From: an uncultured Gammaproteobacteria bacterium
GTDB lineage: Bacteria > Pseudomonadota > Gammaproteobacteria > JACCXJ01
Assembly: GCA_963764725.1 (NCBI GenBank)
Contig: CAVXTM010000001.1
Span: 1 to 64,000 of the forward strand
Direction of reading: 5' to 3'
DNA: 64,000 bases
Within the stretch, counting starts at the first letter, position 1. The number at the start of each line of letters is the position of its first letter. The position numbers and the translations under genes are program-made. The notes beneath the pieces are model-generated. The model had not been told where the DNA came from, did no database searches, and worked only from the letters and a program-made list of their open reading frames with translations. Shown piece after piece: positions 54,950-64,000 of the stretch.

Positions 54950-55005
54950 CTTGAAAACCGTTGTGGGGCAACCCACCGGGGGTTCGAATCCCTCCCTCTC
55001 CGCCA
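54950..55005 (+). repeat. Duplicated 3' 56 bp of tRNA-Ser(TGA) (att site)
   Basis: Identical to 24689-24744; IHF consensus TATCAAAGGATTA at 54888-54900 and TTGTCACA direct repeats at ~54801-54819 just upstream. Confidence 0.93.
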
Positions 55006-55024
55006 TGCAAAACAAGTAGTTACC

Positions 55025-55340
55025 TCTCGGCAGCGACGTTTACGCGATTTTGGTGAGTTTCAACGGTAAGGCCTTCGATGTGCCACTCCTCACCACACGC
55101 CCGATTGCCGTCGGCAGACCGCCGACCGCTCGCCTTTGACAACCGAGAATGATGCTTTGCCGGGCCACCTTGTGCCCGAGGTATGGGCAGCATGCTGGTA
55201 GCGAGGTTTGGACCGTGTGTATCAAACTCCGCTACGATGGTTCGGGACCGTGACCTGCGACGTCACGCTAGAGGAAGCGACGGCGGATCCAGAGACCATC
55301 CGAGCTACAGCGCGAACAGCGGTTGATACCCAACGGTAGA
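55025..55340 (+). pseudogene. Deleted remnants of MrfB-like exonuclease and dinB 3' end
   Basis: Segments match ~36317-36338, ~36564-36615 and ~36706-36800; then TVCIKLRYDG..TVTCDVTLEEATAD (DinB little-finger-like). Confidence 0.85.
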
Positions 55341-55345
55341 TTGGA

Positions 55346-55813
55346 ATGAAATGCCAGAGCCCCACACTGCGTTTAGCGGGACTCGCTGATGCCCAGAAAA
55401 TCGCTCGCATGTCACGCGATCTCGTTGAGGTGGGCCTCGGTTGGTCGTGGACACCGGATCGAGTGAGACGATCGATTCAGTGTCCTGATACGGTTGTCTT
55501 GAGTGCGCATGATGGCCCACGCATGCTGGGCTTTGCCATCATGAAATTCCTTGAAAAGGAGGCGCATTTGGAACTGTTGGCAGTAGACCCGAGTTACCGT
55601 CGTGCAGGCCTTGGCCGACGCCTCGTTCGATGGCTTGAGGAATCCTGCACGGTGGCCGGTAGCTTCGTTGTCTATCTGGAAGTGCGCGCCAGTAACCTGG
55701 GTACCCGCGCCTTTTACCAAGCGCTTGGATATCGCTCTGTCGCTCACGTCCCTCGCTATTATCAGGGCATTGAGGCGGCGATCCGCATGGCGCGTGATCT
55801 GAGGGTCGGTTAG
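55346..55813 (+). CDS. RimI-like GNAT acetyltransferase
   Basis: AHLELLAVDPSYRRAGLG, LEVRASN....FY..LG, RYY.G.E.AIRM. Confidence 0.85.
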   Translation: MKCQSPTLRLAGLADAQKIARMSRDLVEVGLGWSWTPDRVRRSIQCPDTVVLSAHDGPRMLGFAIMKFLEKEAHLELLAVDPSYRRAGLGRRLVRWLEESCTVAGSFVVYLEVRASNLGTRAFYQALGYRSVAHVPRYYQGIEAAIRMARDLRVG

Positions 55814-56116
55814 CCTCCTAATAAATTTAAAGGCGGGAAAGATTTTTCGGTCCAACGGCATCCATTTCAACGGGATCGAAGCAGCAGGCATCTTACTCTA
55901 CTGCCGCACGGGCGGACGCCCCGGCCTCGCCGCGCAGAGGGTGCTAGGACGACGTTCTTGACCAGACCTACCGTTCGTATTGCACGCGGAAGAGAAATTG
56001 GCGGAAAAGGCCGTTGCTGTTTGTGGCGCCTGAATCAATAATGATATCTTTCGTTGAGATTGTTACAACGATGAGAACCGTCGGTTCCGACGTAATCATG
56101 AACGGTCAGGAGACTT

Positions 56117-56737
56117 ATGCAGAGCAGCCCGCAAGCACACCCTGAGTGGAAATTGGAAGGTACCTACTTCGAGGCCTGCAACTGTGAAACGGCTTGTCCT
56201 TGTGTATGGTTCAACGCGCCGAGTGAAGGCAATTGCAAGCTCTTTGTCGCCTGGCACATAGACCAGGGGCACTATGGCGATCAAACGCTTGATGGTTTGA
56301 ATGTCGCCCTCGCCTGTTACGCCCCCGGGCATATGAAAGACGGCCAGTGGCAGGCCGCACTTTACCTCGACGAGCGCGCCACTGTGGCGCAGAGTGACGC
56401 ACTTAAGCAAGTCTACACGGGTAAAGCCGGCGGCCATCTGGCAGTTCTGATGTCATTCGTTGGCACCGTGCTTGGAGTGAAGATGGTTCCGATGACCTAC
56501 CGTGCCGAAGGCGACCGCCGCAGCCTATCCATTCCAGAGACGGCAGATATAGGCGTAGAAGCGATCGCCGGGATCGCCGGTGGCTCCGCCACGATCACCA
56601 ATCCGCCCCTCTGCGTCGCACCGTCGCATCCGTCCGTAGTGGCCCGCTCGACGGCATATCATTACCAAGACTACGGTTTCGACTGGACGATCTCCGAGCG
56701 CAATGGCTATTTCTCGCCATTCACCTACGAACCCTGA
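56117..56737 (+). CDS. DUF1326 family protein
   Basis: W.LEG.YFEACNC..ACPC....P..G.C, LDERA...Q..AL....G..GG. Confidence 0.82.
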   Translation: MQSSPQAHPEWKLEGTYFEACNCETACPCVWFNAPSEGNCKLFVAWHIDQGHYGDQTLDGLNVALACYAPGHMKDGQWQAALYLDERATVAQSDALKQVYTGKAGGHLAVLMSFVGTVLGVKMVPMTYRAEGDRRSLSIPETADIGVEAIAGIAGGSATITNPPLCVAPSHPSVVARSTAYHYQDYGFDWTISERNGYFSPFTYEP

Positions 56738-56849
56738 TGAGTCGCCACAGCTTCGTTTAGTCACGCAAGCAGCGAAGGGCGTGATCCGCTCAGGCTTGCC
56801 TCAGCCTTTCGCGTCGCACCAATCTCCCACTCATCCCCCCTCCGTAGGC

Positions 56850-57593
56850 ATGCCGCGCCCACTCGCTCTGATGCTCGTTCTAATCGCAGTCCTGGCCTGG
56901 GGCTATCTTATCCATGAGCACCGCTTGATGAGTGCGCCCACGATGTCCCAGATGTGGATGCCGCCAAGTGGCGTATGGGCGTGGGCATGGTTCGACTTCT
57001 GGATGACGTTCGTGATGTGGACGGTCATGATGGCCGCTATGATGGCACCCGCGGCTCTGCCCCTGGTGCCCATGCTCGCGAGAGCCTATCGGTCGCGACA
57101 TAGCGTCGCCGAATGCCAGATCCTGGCCGGTCTCTTCTTAGCGACCTACTTGGGTCTCTGGGTTCTGTTCGGCGCAGCGATGACGCTCTTGCAATGGCAG
57201 CTGCACGCGTGGTCGATACTGACGCCCATGATGGAGGCCAACAATCACTTATGGGCGGGTCTCGTACTCCTAGCCTCCGGGGCCTACCAATTCACACGCT
57301 GGAAACACGCGTGCCTCAGCACCTGCCGCACACCGCTTGGTTTCGTGTTGACAGACTGGCGAGACGGCAAAGCGGGCGCAGTCGTGATGGCGTGGCGCTA
57401 CGCCAGATACTGTGTCGGATGCTGCGGGATGCAAATGGTGGTGATGTTCTCGGTGGGCGTAATGAACCTGCTGTGGATGGGCATCATCACGCTCAGCATC
57501 CTGGCGGAAAAGACCCTGCCGCATCCGAACCAAGTCCGAACGATCACCGGCATCGGATTAATGGGTTACGGAATACGGCTGCTGGCAGCGTAA
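56850..57593 (+). CDS. DUF2182 Met-rich metal-binding membrane protein
   Basis: MWTVMMAAMMAP, YQFT.WK..CL..CR.P, YCVGCC, GVMNLLWM, EK. Confidence 0.82.
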   Translation: MPRPLALMLVLIAVLAWGYLIHEHRLMSAPTMSQMWMPPSGVWAWAWFDFWMTFVMWTVMMAAMMAPAALPLVPMLARAYRSRHSVAECQILAGLFLATYLGLWVLFGAAMTLLQWQLHAWSILTPMMEANNHLWAGLVLLASGAYQFTRWKHACLSTCRTPLGFVLTDWRDGKAGAVVMAWRYARYCVGCCGMQMVVMFSVGVMNLLWMGIITLSILAEKTLPHPNQVRTITGIGLMGYGIRLLAA

Positions 57594-57636
57594 GCCTCTG
57601 CGCCGCACGGCTCGCTCCTGTCTAATTACGATAGCA

Positions 57637-58371
57637 TCAAAAAGATTCCTTGAAGGGCCGCAGATCCAGCTCGTGCGTCCAGGCGCTGCGCGCCTGACGA
57701 TGCAAGACCCAGTAGCTGTCGGCGATGGCATCCGGTTCAAGAAGACCGTCCTCCCCTTTGGCTCGAACGAAGTCAGGGAAGGTGCTGCGCGCATAGTCGC
57801 CCGCAATAACGCCATCGACCACGACGTGGGCCACATGTATCCCTTGCGGCCCAAACTCCCGCGCCAAGCCCTGCGCAACAGCCCGCAGGGCGGCCTTGGC
57901 GGAGGCGAATGCGGTGAAGGGCGGACGCGCACGCAGCGAGGCAGTCGCCCCGGTGTAGAGCAGGGTGCCCCGTTGCTGCGGCAGCATCGAGCGCACGGCT
58001 TCCCGCCCCACCAGAAACCCGCCGAGTGCGTTCTGCCGCCAGATACTCTCGAAAAAGTCCGCGCTCACCTGAAGCAAAGGGACCATCGCATTGTTACCTA
58101 TGTTGTAGACGACGAGCTCGGGGAACCCGTCCTCTGCTGAGGTGGCTACGCGAAACAGACGAATCACCTCAGCTTCACGCGTGACATCGGTCACCACGGG
58201 ATGCGCTATCCCGCCGGTATCGTGGATCTCCTCCGCGACGGCCTCCAGTCGCTCCGCGGTCCGGCCGGCCACGTACACCCGCAAGCCCTCGCGCGCGAAA
58301 CGACGCGCCAAAGCCGCGCCAAGGCCCGAACGCGCCCCGACTCCGACGACCACTGCGGTACCTTTCATCAT
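57637..58371 (-). CDS. Short-chain dehydrogenase/reductase
   Basis: VVGVGARSGLG, TGATASLR, F..AK, HVAHVVVDG, WTHELDLRP. Confidence 0.88.
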   Translation of the reverse strand: MMKGTAVVVGVGARSGLGAALARRFAREGLRVYVAGRTAERLEAVAEEIHDTGGIAHPVVTDVTREAEVIRLFRVATSAEDGFPELVVYNIGNNAMVPLLQVSADFFESIWRQNALGGFLVGREAVRSMLPQQRGTLLYTGATASLRARPPFTAFASAKAALRAVAQGLAREFGPQGIHVAHVVVDGVIAGDYARSTFPDFVRAKGEDGLLEPDAIADSYWVLHRQARSAWTHELDLRPFKESF

Positions 58372-58438
58372 GGCTATCCCCTTCGGATTAGAAACCCCTG
58401 GCCGTGTACCAAGCGCATGACCAGGGGAACGATTTCGA

Positions 58439-58560
58439 CTACGACGTTTGACCCGCCTCCATGGCCGCCTTCACCTCCAGCAGTCGGTCCGATTTCACTT
58501 CATAGATGAAACCGTAAATCGGAATATTCTTCGGCACCAAGGAGTGTGATCTCGCTTTCC
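58439..58560 (-). pseudogene. Beta-carbonic anhydrase C-terminal fragment
   Basis: RSHSLVPKNIPIYGFIYEVKSDRLLEVKAAMEAG. Confidence 0.65.
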
Positions 58561-58745
58561 GACGGTGCTCGGAATCCTCATGTATTTCAATATACATTCC
58601 GGTTGCTGCGCTCCGGCGGGAAGGCAGGGTCAGGGGCGAGTACCCGAGCGCCAGCGAAGCTAGCGGGGCCGAAGGCGGCCCTGCGTGGCGCGTCGAGGAT
58701 GCAGCGCAACCTTCCTTCGCTCGCGAGATTTTTTCACAACCTCGG

Positions 58746-59396
58746 TCAGGCCCTGCCAAACATCAGGATGAAATTATTGGCCGGCATATCGACCTGTCGT
58801 TGCAAATTTAGACCATATCTCTTGGCCGCCGTCCGTAAATCCGCTATGTCCTTGAGCCCCCATTCGGAAACTCCCGCGGAACGAACCTCCTTGTCGAAGG
58901 ATTCATTTGAGTCAGTGGTGTAACGCCCTTCCACTTTGAAGGGTCCGTAGATTGAGAGAAAGCCTGTATCTTTCAGAACCGTCGCCGCACAATCCATCAT
59001 CCCGTCAGCAATTGAGATGGGTGCCACCTGGAAGATGTTGATGCAAAAGATCGCGTCATAGCGCCGATCCTCTGGGGTAGGCCAAGTTTCGGGCTTGGTG
59101 AGATCGAGCTTGATGGGATCTTCCACGTTGGAGTTTCCCCGATCCGACTTGAGCTTCTTGATGGTCGCGAACACGTCTTCGTTCACGTCGGAGGGTTGAA
59201 ATCGCATCTCCGGGAAGTGCGGGGCAAAGTAGTTCATGTGCATCCCACTGCCACTGGCGAACTCGAGTACATTCCCTGCGTTTGTCGGAAAGTATTGCTT
59301 GAAAACTTCGAGAATCGGGTCGCGGTTGCGGCGTCCCGCCCAGGCGACATAGTCACTGAGCGGATAGGGATCTAAAGCGGGTCTATCGTCGTACAT
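58746..59396 (-). CDS. DUF938 SAM-dependent methyltransferase-like protein
   Basis: RNRDPIL, VLEFASGSGMH, FQPSD, YGPF...G, SN..FD, WGLKD, MPANN. Confidence 0.85.
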   Translation of the reverse strand: MYDDRPALDPYPLSDYVAWAGRRNRDPILEVFKQYFPTNAGNVLEFASGSGMHMNYFAPHFPEMRFQPSDVNEDVFATIKKLKSDRGNSNVEDPIKLDLTKPETWPTPEDRRYDAIFCINIFQVAPISIADGMMDCAATVLKDTGFLSIYGPFKVEGRYTTDSNESFDKEVRSAGVSEWGLKDIADLRTAAKRYGLNLQRQVDMPANNFILMFGRA

Positions 59397-59699
59397 GGTC
59401 TCCACCTCATTGCTTAATGTGATTACATAACCACCCCTTTGGGTGGCAATCTTGTGCAGCGTTGCGCTGTCCCGGCTCGACGCCCTGAAATTGAGCTCTC
59501 AGCTGGGAATGTGCTTTGCTGCACGCAGAGCCCGTGCCTAAAGCAGGACGATGAATACCCCTTTATTTCATGGAGTTATGATTCAGCCTGCCGCGCGGGC
59601 GAGAAGATGGTTTTCACTTATTGCAACTGGGCTTCACGTTCCCCACAATGCGTTCAACGACCGATGCATTACCGACGGGCTTATCTTGCACCTCAAGCG

Positions 59700-61337
59700 A
59701 TGAAATCCATCGACATGAGAAACCGACGACAAAACGACTCAACTTCCGAAGTGGCGCCACAATTTCCGTTCTCGAATCTGAGTCCAAGTGCCTTCCTGCA
59801 GGCGTTCCTCAATGAAATGATGCGGGTCTGCGACGAGCACGGACTCAGCCGCCGCGACGAGCTTATCGAGCATATCGGTCTCAACGCAGGGGAGAATTTC
59901 GAAAGCGCCTACCGCTATGAATTCGCGTTGGGAGCATCGCTTGACGCCGAGCGGTATGCTGACCTGATCCTGGGAATTAAGAACCGGATAGGGGGCAATT
60001 TCTCTCTAGCCTCGAGTACCAAGGATTGCGTTCGTGTGGTCAACACCCGCTGCCCCTTCGGCGATCGCGTCAAGGATTTCCCCGAGTTGTGCCATATGAC
60101 CTCGAGCGTCTTCGGCGGGATCGCAGCCCGAAATTTTGGTTACGCGAAGGTCGAACTGAGAAAGCGTATCGCCACACACGATGGAATGTGTGAGGTGTGC
60201 ATTCACACCAATCCCAAAGAGGCGACCAAGTACGCCGGCACCGAGTACCGGCGCGATAACGTACCGGCTATCAAACCCCTGCCGTGCGAGACGCGGCAGC
60301 GCGTGGAAGAACGGATGCGTGCGGTCTGGTGCCCAGTGGGCAAACCTGTGGCACCAAAAAAAGAACGTGAGCGCGCCAGTATCGTGGCGCACTCGCCATT
60401 GATGCACGACATCCTGCTCGCGGTGGAAATGGTCGCGCCAACCCTGGCCACGGTCTTGATTACGGGTGAGACCGGGGTCGGCAAAGAAGTCGTTGCGCGG
60501 GCCATCCACGCCATGAGCGACCGCTGGAATAGGAACTTTGTAGCGGTCAACTGTGGGGCGATCCCGGAGACCCTTATCGAGACCACGCTATTCGGCCATG
60601 AGAAGGGCGCCTTCACCGGCGCCTATGAGGTCCACCATGGGCTCTTTCACCGAGCCGAGGGAGGGACGCTTTTCCTGGACGAGGTAAACACCCTCTCGGC
60701 CGCGACCCAAGTCAAGCTATTGCGCGTGCTGCAGGAAGGCGAATACGAGCGCGTGGGTGGAAATCATAGTTTGTCGTCCGACGTCCGTATCATCGCGGCC
60801 AGTAATTTTCCTCTGGATCAAGCCCTCGTACGCGGTGAGTTTCGGCAAGACCTTTTTTACCGGCTAAACGTTGTTCACCTGGAAGTTCCACCATTGCGAG
60901 TAAGGCCTGAGGACATCCCATACTTAGTGGACCACCTACTCGGTAAGCTTCGCCACAAGCACCATAAGCCCATACATGCCGTAAGCTCCCGTGTCATGCG
61001 CCAGCTCACCGAGTACGCCTGGCCGGGGAACGTGCGGGAGCTTGAAAATGTGTTGGAACGCAGCTTCGTATTCGCGACGGGCAGCCGAATCGAGCAAGTA
61101 GAACTGCCAAAACAAACCGACAAGTTCGCCAGCCCTTCTAACGAACTCTCTGCTCCGTGGGCAGAAGTTAGGAAACAAGCCTTGGAGGACATCGAAAAAC
61201 GCTATCTTGAACTTACTTTGAAGCGCTTTAATGGGAACGTGACGGTTGTGGCAAAGTGGATGGACTTGACACCCCGCGCTGTCTATCAAAAGATGACACG
61301 CTACCGCTTAAACCCTGGCGCGTTCCGGGTGTTATAG
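59700..61337 (+). CDS. Sigma-54 enhancer-binding protein with N-terminal MetOD1/V4R-like domain
   Basis: [36 protein letters not shown]-terminal HTH; N-terminal CPFG...LC.MTSSVFG.IAA.N.GYAKV.L...IA.....C. Confidence 0.9.
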   Translation: MKSIDMRNRRQNDSTSEVAPQFPFSNLSPSAFLQAFLNEMMRVCDEHGLSRRDELIEHIGLNAGENFESAYRYEFALGASLDAERYADLILGIKNRIGGNFSLASSTKDCVRVVNTRCPFGDRVKDFPELCHMTSSVFGGIAARNFGYAKVELRKRIATHDGMCEVCIHTNPKEATKYAGTEYRRDNVPAIKPLPCETRQRVEERMRAVWCPVGKPVAPKKERERASIVAHSPLMHDILLAVEMVAPTLATVLITGETGVGKEVVARAIHAMSDRWNRNFVAVNCGAIPETLIETTLFGHEKGAFTGAYEVHHGLFHRAEGGTLFLDEVNTLSAATQVKLLRVLQEGEYERVGGNHSLSSDVRIIAASNFPLDQALVRGEFRQDLFYRLNVVHLEVPPLRVRPEDIPYLVDHLLGKLRHKHHKPIHAVSSRVMRQLTEYAWPGNVRELENVLERSFVFATGSRIEQVELPKQTDKFASPSNELSAPWAEVRKQALEDIEKRYLELTLKRFNGNVTVVAKWMDLTPRAVYQKMTRYRLNPGAFRVL

Positions 61338-61361
61338 TCGGTTTTTTTTTGACAGGCCGCA

Positions 61362-61868
61362 ATGAGACTAAAGAGCATTGTGACGACGGGCGCGGTATTG
61401 CTGCTGGCCACGGCCATATACTCCGCGAGTGGTACCGATATAGAAGCTCCATCAAGTAAACGGCAGACTGATATAGCCCATCGCGGCGCGAATATCATGC
61501 CCTTTGACCTCAGCCGCACCACACACGTATTCGACGATAAATCCGACGGCGGATTGCAAACCGTCATCGCCAATGATCCCGCCGACACCGCGCAAACCTA
61601 CCTTATCCGCGACCATCTCGCGGACCTTGCCAATCGTATGGCGCGTGGCGATTTCTCGGATCAGGCCTGGTTGCACGGTCCGGATATGCCCGGTTTGGCC
61701 GAACTCAGTACGGGCTATAGAAAGATCAAGATTACCTACCAGGTGCTGCCCAACGGGGCGAGCCTACGGCTGGCGAGTAATGACGCGACGATCGTAGCGG
61801 CCATACATAAATATTTTCTGGCACAACGTACCGACCACGCCGCGCATGGGAAGGTGCATCGTCACTGA
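61362..61868 (+). CDS. Secreted hypothetical protein
   Basis: Signal peptide; MPFDL..T.H.F, GG.Q.V, IR.HL, HG.DMPGL, Q..DH. Confidence 0.65.
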   Translation: MRLKSIVTTGAVLLLATAIYSASGTDIEAPSSKRQTDIAHRGANIMPFDLSRTTHVFDDKSDGGLQTVIANDPADTAQTYLIRDHLADLANRMARGDFSDQAWLHGPDMPGLAELSTGYRKIKITYQVLPNGASLRLASNDATIVAAIHKYFLAQRTDHAAHGKVHRH

Positions 61869-61932
61869 ATGAGTGTCTTATCACTTATCTTGTAAAGGCC
61901 ACGCTAATTTCACTCGCGGGAGGACACGTCTG

Positions 61933-62337
61933 ATGGCGGCGCTGACATCCAAGATGAAAGAAGCAATGATGAAGGTGGAGCTATTCCCGTTTGCGACAGC
62001 CTCGTCAGCCGGGCTCCCTAACGTGGTGCCGATCAAGTTTCTTTACGTCGCGACGGACGATACGCTCTGGATTACGGATAACTATCTCAACAAGACCCTG
62101 GCGAACCTGAAGGAAAATCCCCGGGCCTCGGTGTATGTCTGGTCTTCCGATACGCAAGAGTGCTTCCAGGTTAAGGGCACCATCGAGATTAAGACTGGTG
62201 GGGACGACTACGAGAAGATGAAGACAATGGTACGGGCCAAAATGCCAGACCTACCCGCGAGGGCCCTCGTGGTCGTGCACATTACGGCCATCTTTGATTG
62301 CATGCCGGGCGTGAGCGCGGGCAGACAGCTCGCCTAA
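61933..62337 (+). CDS. Pyridoxamine 5'-phosphate oxidase-like FMN-binding protein
   Basis: ATAS..G.PNVVP, DNYLNKT..NL.ENP, FQVKG. Confidence 0.85.
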   Translation: MAALTSKMKEAMMKVELFPFATASSAGLPNVVPIKFLYVATDDTLWITDNYLNKTLANLKENPRASVYVWSSDTQECFQVKGTIEIKTGGDDYEKMKTMVRAKMPDLPARALVVVHITAIFDCMPGVSAGRQLA

Positions 62338-62477
62338 GAAGCTGTTCTCAACATCCGTCGGCCGAAGGCCCAAAACGCCTCGTCCTCACCGGGGCAGGCG
62401 ACGCCGAAAAGTCCACGGTGATGCGCAGCATCCCCCTGCGAACCCCTTTGCTGCTGTTCGTTCCGCTTCGGCAGATC

Positions 62478-62560
62478 ACGGCATGGCACCCGACCTCACG
62501 GCCGCCGCGGAATATGGCAAGCGTCGGGATGCCGCGGATATTGAACGACTGGGCGAGGGT
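62478..62560 (-). pseudogene. Thioredoxin C-terminal fragment
   Basis: LAQSFNIRGIPTLAIFRGGREVG. Confidence 0.55.
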
Positions 62561-62592
62561 CGAGGTGAGGATTCCTAGCACAGTAGACTCTT

Positions 62593-63465
62593 TCACAAGC
62601 TCTCAGCCCGTGTGATCGGAATCTTGAGATAAGATCGTCCATTCGACTCAGGTGGCGGAAACTGACCGGCACGCATATTAATCTCAACCGAGGGGAAGAG
62701 GAGCTTTGGCGTTGCGAGCTGCTTATCCCGAGCATTGCGGAACTGGACGTAAGGCTCTTCGCTGGTCGCCGAGTTGATTTGGATGTTGTGTTCCCGCTGT
62801 TCGGCCACCGTGGTCTCCCAGCGGTGTGTTTGCCGCTTTTCAGTCAAATAGTCATGACAGAGGAGAAGCCGCGTCTCGGACGGCAGTGCATAGAGCTTTT
62901 GGATCGAGCGATAGAGCGTACGGGCATCGCCTCCTGGGAAGTCCGCTCGCGCCGAGCCGTAATCGGTCATGAACAAGGTATCGCCGATGAAGGCCGCATC
63001 CCCGATGAGATAAGTCACGTCGGCCCGGGTGTGGCCGGGAGTGTAAAGTACATGCCCTTCGAGCGCCCCGATCCGAAAACGCTCTCCCTCCTTGAACAGG
63101 TGATCGAATTCCGAGCCATCGGCCCTGAACTCATTACCTAGATTTAGAATGCCCTTCCAGATCTGCTGCACCTCGACGATGTGCTCGCCGATCCCGATTT
63201 GCCCGCCGCACTGCGCCTTCACATCCTGTGCGGCGCTCAGCCGATCGGCATGGGCATGGGTCTCCAGGATCCAGTCGATGGTCAGCCCCCGCTCTCGAAT
63301 AAAAGCGATCACCGGCTCGATGCTCGCGGTACTCGTCCGCGAAGCCTGATTGTCGTAGTCGAGCACCGGATCGACGACCGCGCAACGGGAACCATCAAGC
63401 TCCCGCACCACGTAGGTGAGCGAACCGGTGGGCTCGTGCATGAAGGCGGTAACGATGGGGTTCAT
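62593..63465 (-). CDS. Persulfide dioxygenase-like MBL-fold hydrolase (ETHE1/Blh type)
   Basis: DPVLDYD, ETHAHAD, TPGHT, GDTLF..DYG.AR.DFPGG, CHDY, YLKIP. Confidence 0.88.
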   Translation of the reverse strand: MNPIVTAFMHEPTGSLTYVVRELDGSRCAVVDPVLDYDNQASRTSTASIEPVIAFIRERGLTIDWILETHAHADRLSAAQDVKAQCGGQIGIGEHIVEVQQIWKGILNLGNEFRADGSEFDHLFKEGERFRIGALEGHVLYTPGHTRADVTYLIGDAAFIGDTLFMTDYGSARADFPGGDARTLYRSIQKLYALPSETRLLLCHDYLTEKRQTHRWETTVAEQREHNIQINSATSEEPYVQFRNARDKQLATPKLLFPSVEINMRAGQFPPPESNGRSYLKIPITRAESL

Positions 63466-63530
63466 GGTTACGGTCCTATGGCGCTTATCGATTTCATACT
63501 GCCCGCAGTACATTCATCCTACGTTCGCTT

Positions 63531-63974
63531 CTAGGGTGTCGCGAGCGCGCGCAGGTAATGGATCAGGGTCCAGCCCTCCCGTTCGCTCAGCACGGAAGGA
63601 ATAAAGGACGCCATCGCCGTTCCCCTGCTGCCGTTCTTCAGCACCCATAGCAGCTCGCCATCGCTGCGGGCGGTTTGCCATTCTATGTCGGTAAAGTTGG
63701 TGGGCAAGGCGCCCTTGAGGAGGGAGGGATCGACATCCGTGATCCCGCGCCCATCGCGCCCGTGGCAGGCGACACAAAATCCTTTGCCGCGGTAGAGCCC
63801 CTGTCCTAGGGCGATGGTCGCGGGCGTGCGCTTCATCGGATTCTTGAGGGCACGCGCCGCCGCAAGCTCCGGTTCAGGGACTCGGGGGTGCAGCACATCG
63901 ACGTCAGTCGCCGGAGCAATGCCCGAGCCTACGAGCAGTGTGAAAATGGTGGGAAAAGTCATTGGATTTTTCAT
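63531..63974 (-). CDS. Monoheme c-type cytochrome
   Basis: Signal peptide, CVACHG, G..GTAM axial Met. Confidence 0.85.
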   Translation of the reverse strand: MKNPMTFPTIFTLLVGSGIAPATDVDVLHPRVPEPELAAARALKNPMKRTPATIALGQGLYRGKGFCVACHGRDGRGITDVDPSLLKGALPTNFTDIEWQTARSDGELLWVLKNGSRGTAMASFIPSVLSEREGWTLIHYLRALATP

Positions 63975-64000
63975 CGTCCTATCTTTTCGCCCGCAACGGC

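Larger units (their letters stand above)
24745..55005. mobile_element. ~30-kb genomic island integrated at tRNA-Ser(TGA)
   Basis: 56-bp exact direct repeat 24689-24744 = 54950-55005; interior rich in IS remnants and pseudogenes; no intact integrase recognised. Confidence 0.88.

Noticed and set aside
54941-55005. Second tRNA-Ser gene
   Set aside because: 5' acceptor strand and D-arm are missing; it is an att duplication
59440-59462. Sigma-54 -24/-12 promoter (TGGCAATCTTGTGC)
   Set aside because: GG to GC spacing is 9 rather than the required 10, and the opposite strand also fails
63235-63265. HAHADR instead of HxHxDH as proof that the persulfide dioxygenase is dead
   Set aside because: Mononuclear ETHE1-type enzymes do not clearly need the last His as an iron ligand; other motifs are intact

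Overview
GC-rich bacterial chromosome segment, probably gammaproteobacterial (ftsK-lolA-rarA-serS-yccA-tRNA-Ser gene order). An XoxJ/MoxJ-like gene hints at a methylotroph (inference). Four zones: (1) 1-5.5 kb: higBA toxin-antitoxin pair divergent from a CRISPR adaptation module (reverse transcriptase-Cas1 fusion, two cas2, leader, 22-repeat array). The cas1 part is interrupted by a 167-bp MITE, and no effector or cas6 genes are in the window. (2) 5.7-24.7 kb: mostly intact housekeeping genes (uppP, exoD, vapBC, mlaFED, gloA, Y1 transposase, Rieske oxygenase, acuI, leuCD, pseudoazurin, xoxJ-like, ftsK, lolA, rarA, serS, yccA, tRNA-Ser). (3) 24.7-55.0 kb: a ~30-kb decaying genomic island bounded by a 56-bp direct repeat of the tRNA-Ser(TGA) 3' part, with no recognisable integrase. 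It carries a lexA / MrfA-like helicase / MrfB-like exonuclease / dinB damage-repair cassette, an intact IS630, many IS remnants, ptsP, an HflK-HflC chimera and MetF with a Cys-rich C-terminal domain. (4) 55-64 kb: a probable second, tandem island beginning with a shredded copy of the same repair cassette, then a sigma-54 activator and possible sulfur-metabolism genes. Most notable observations: the RT-Cas1/2xCas2 array with compositionally odd spacers and an apparently split spacer, a ~44-bp mini-element found only inside other mobile elements, and the duplicated LexA-controlled cassette. The eight single-base frameshifts I phased are all +1, so many may be sequencing artefacts. All calls come from reading the sequence; no database searches were run.
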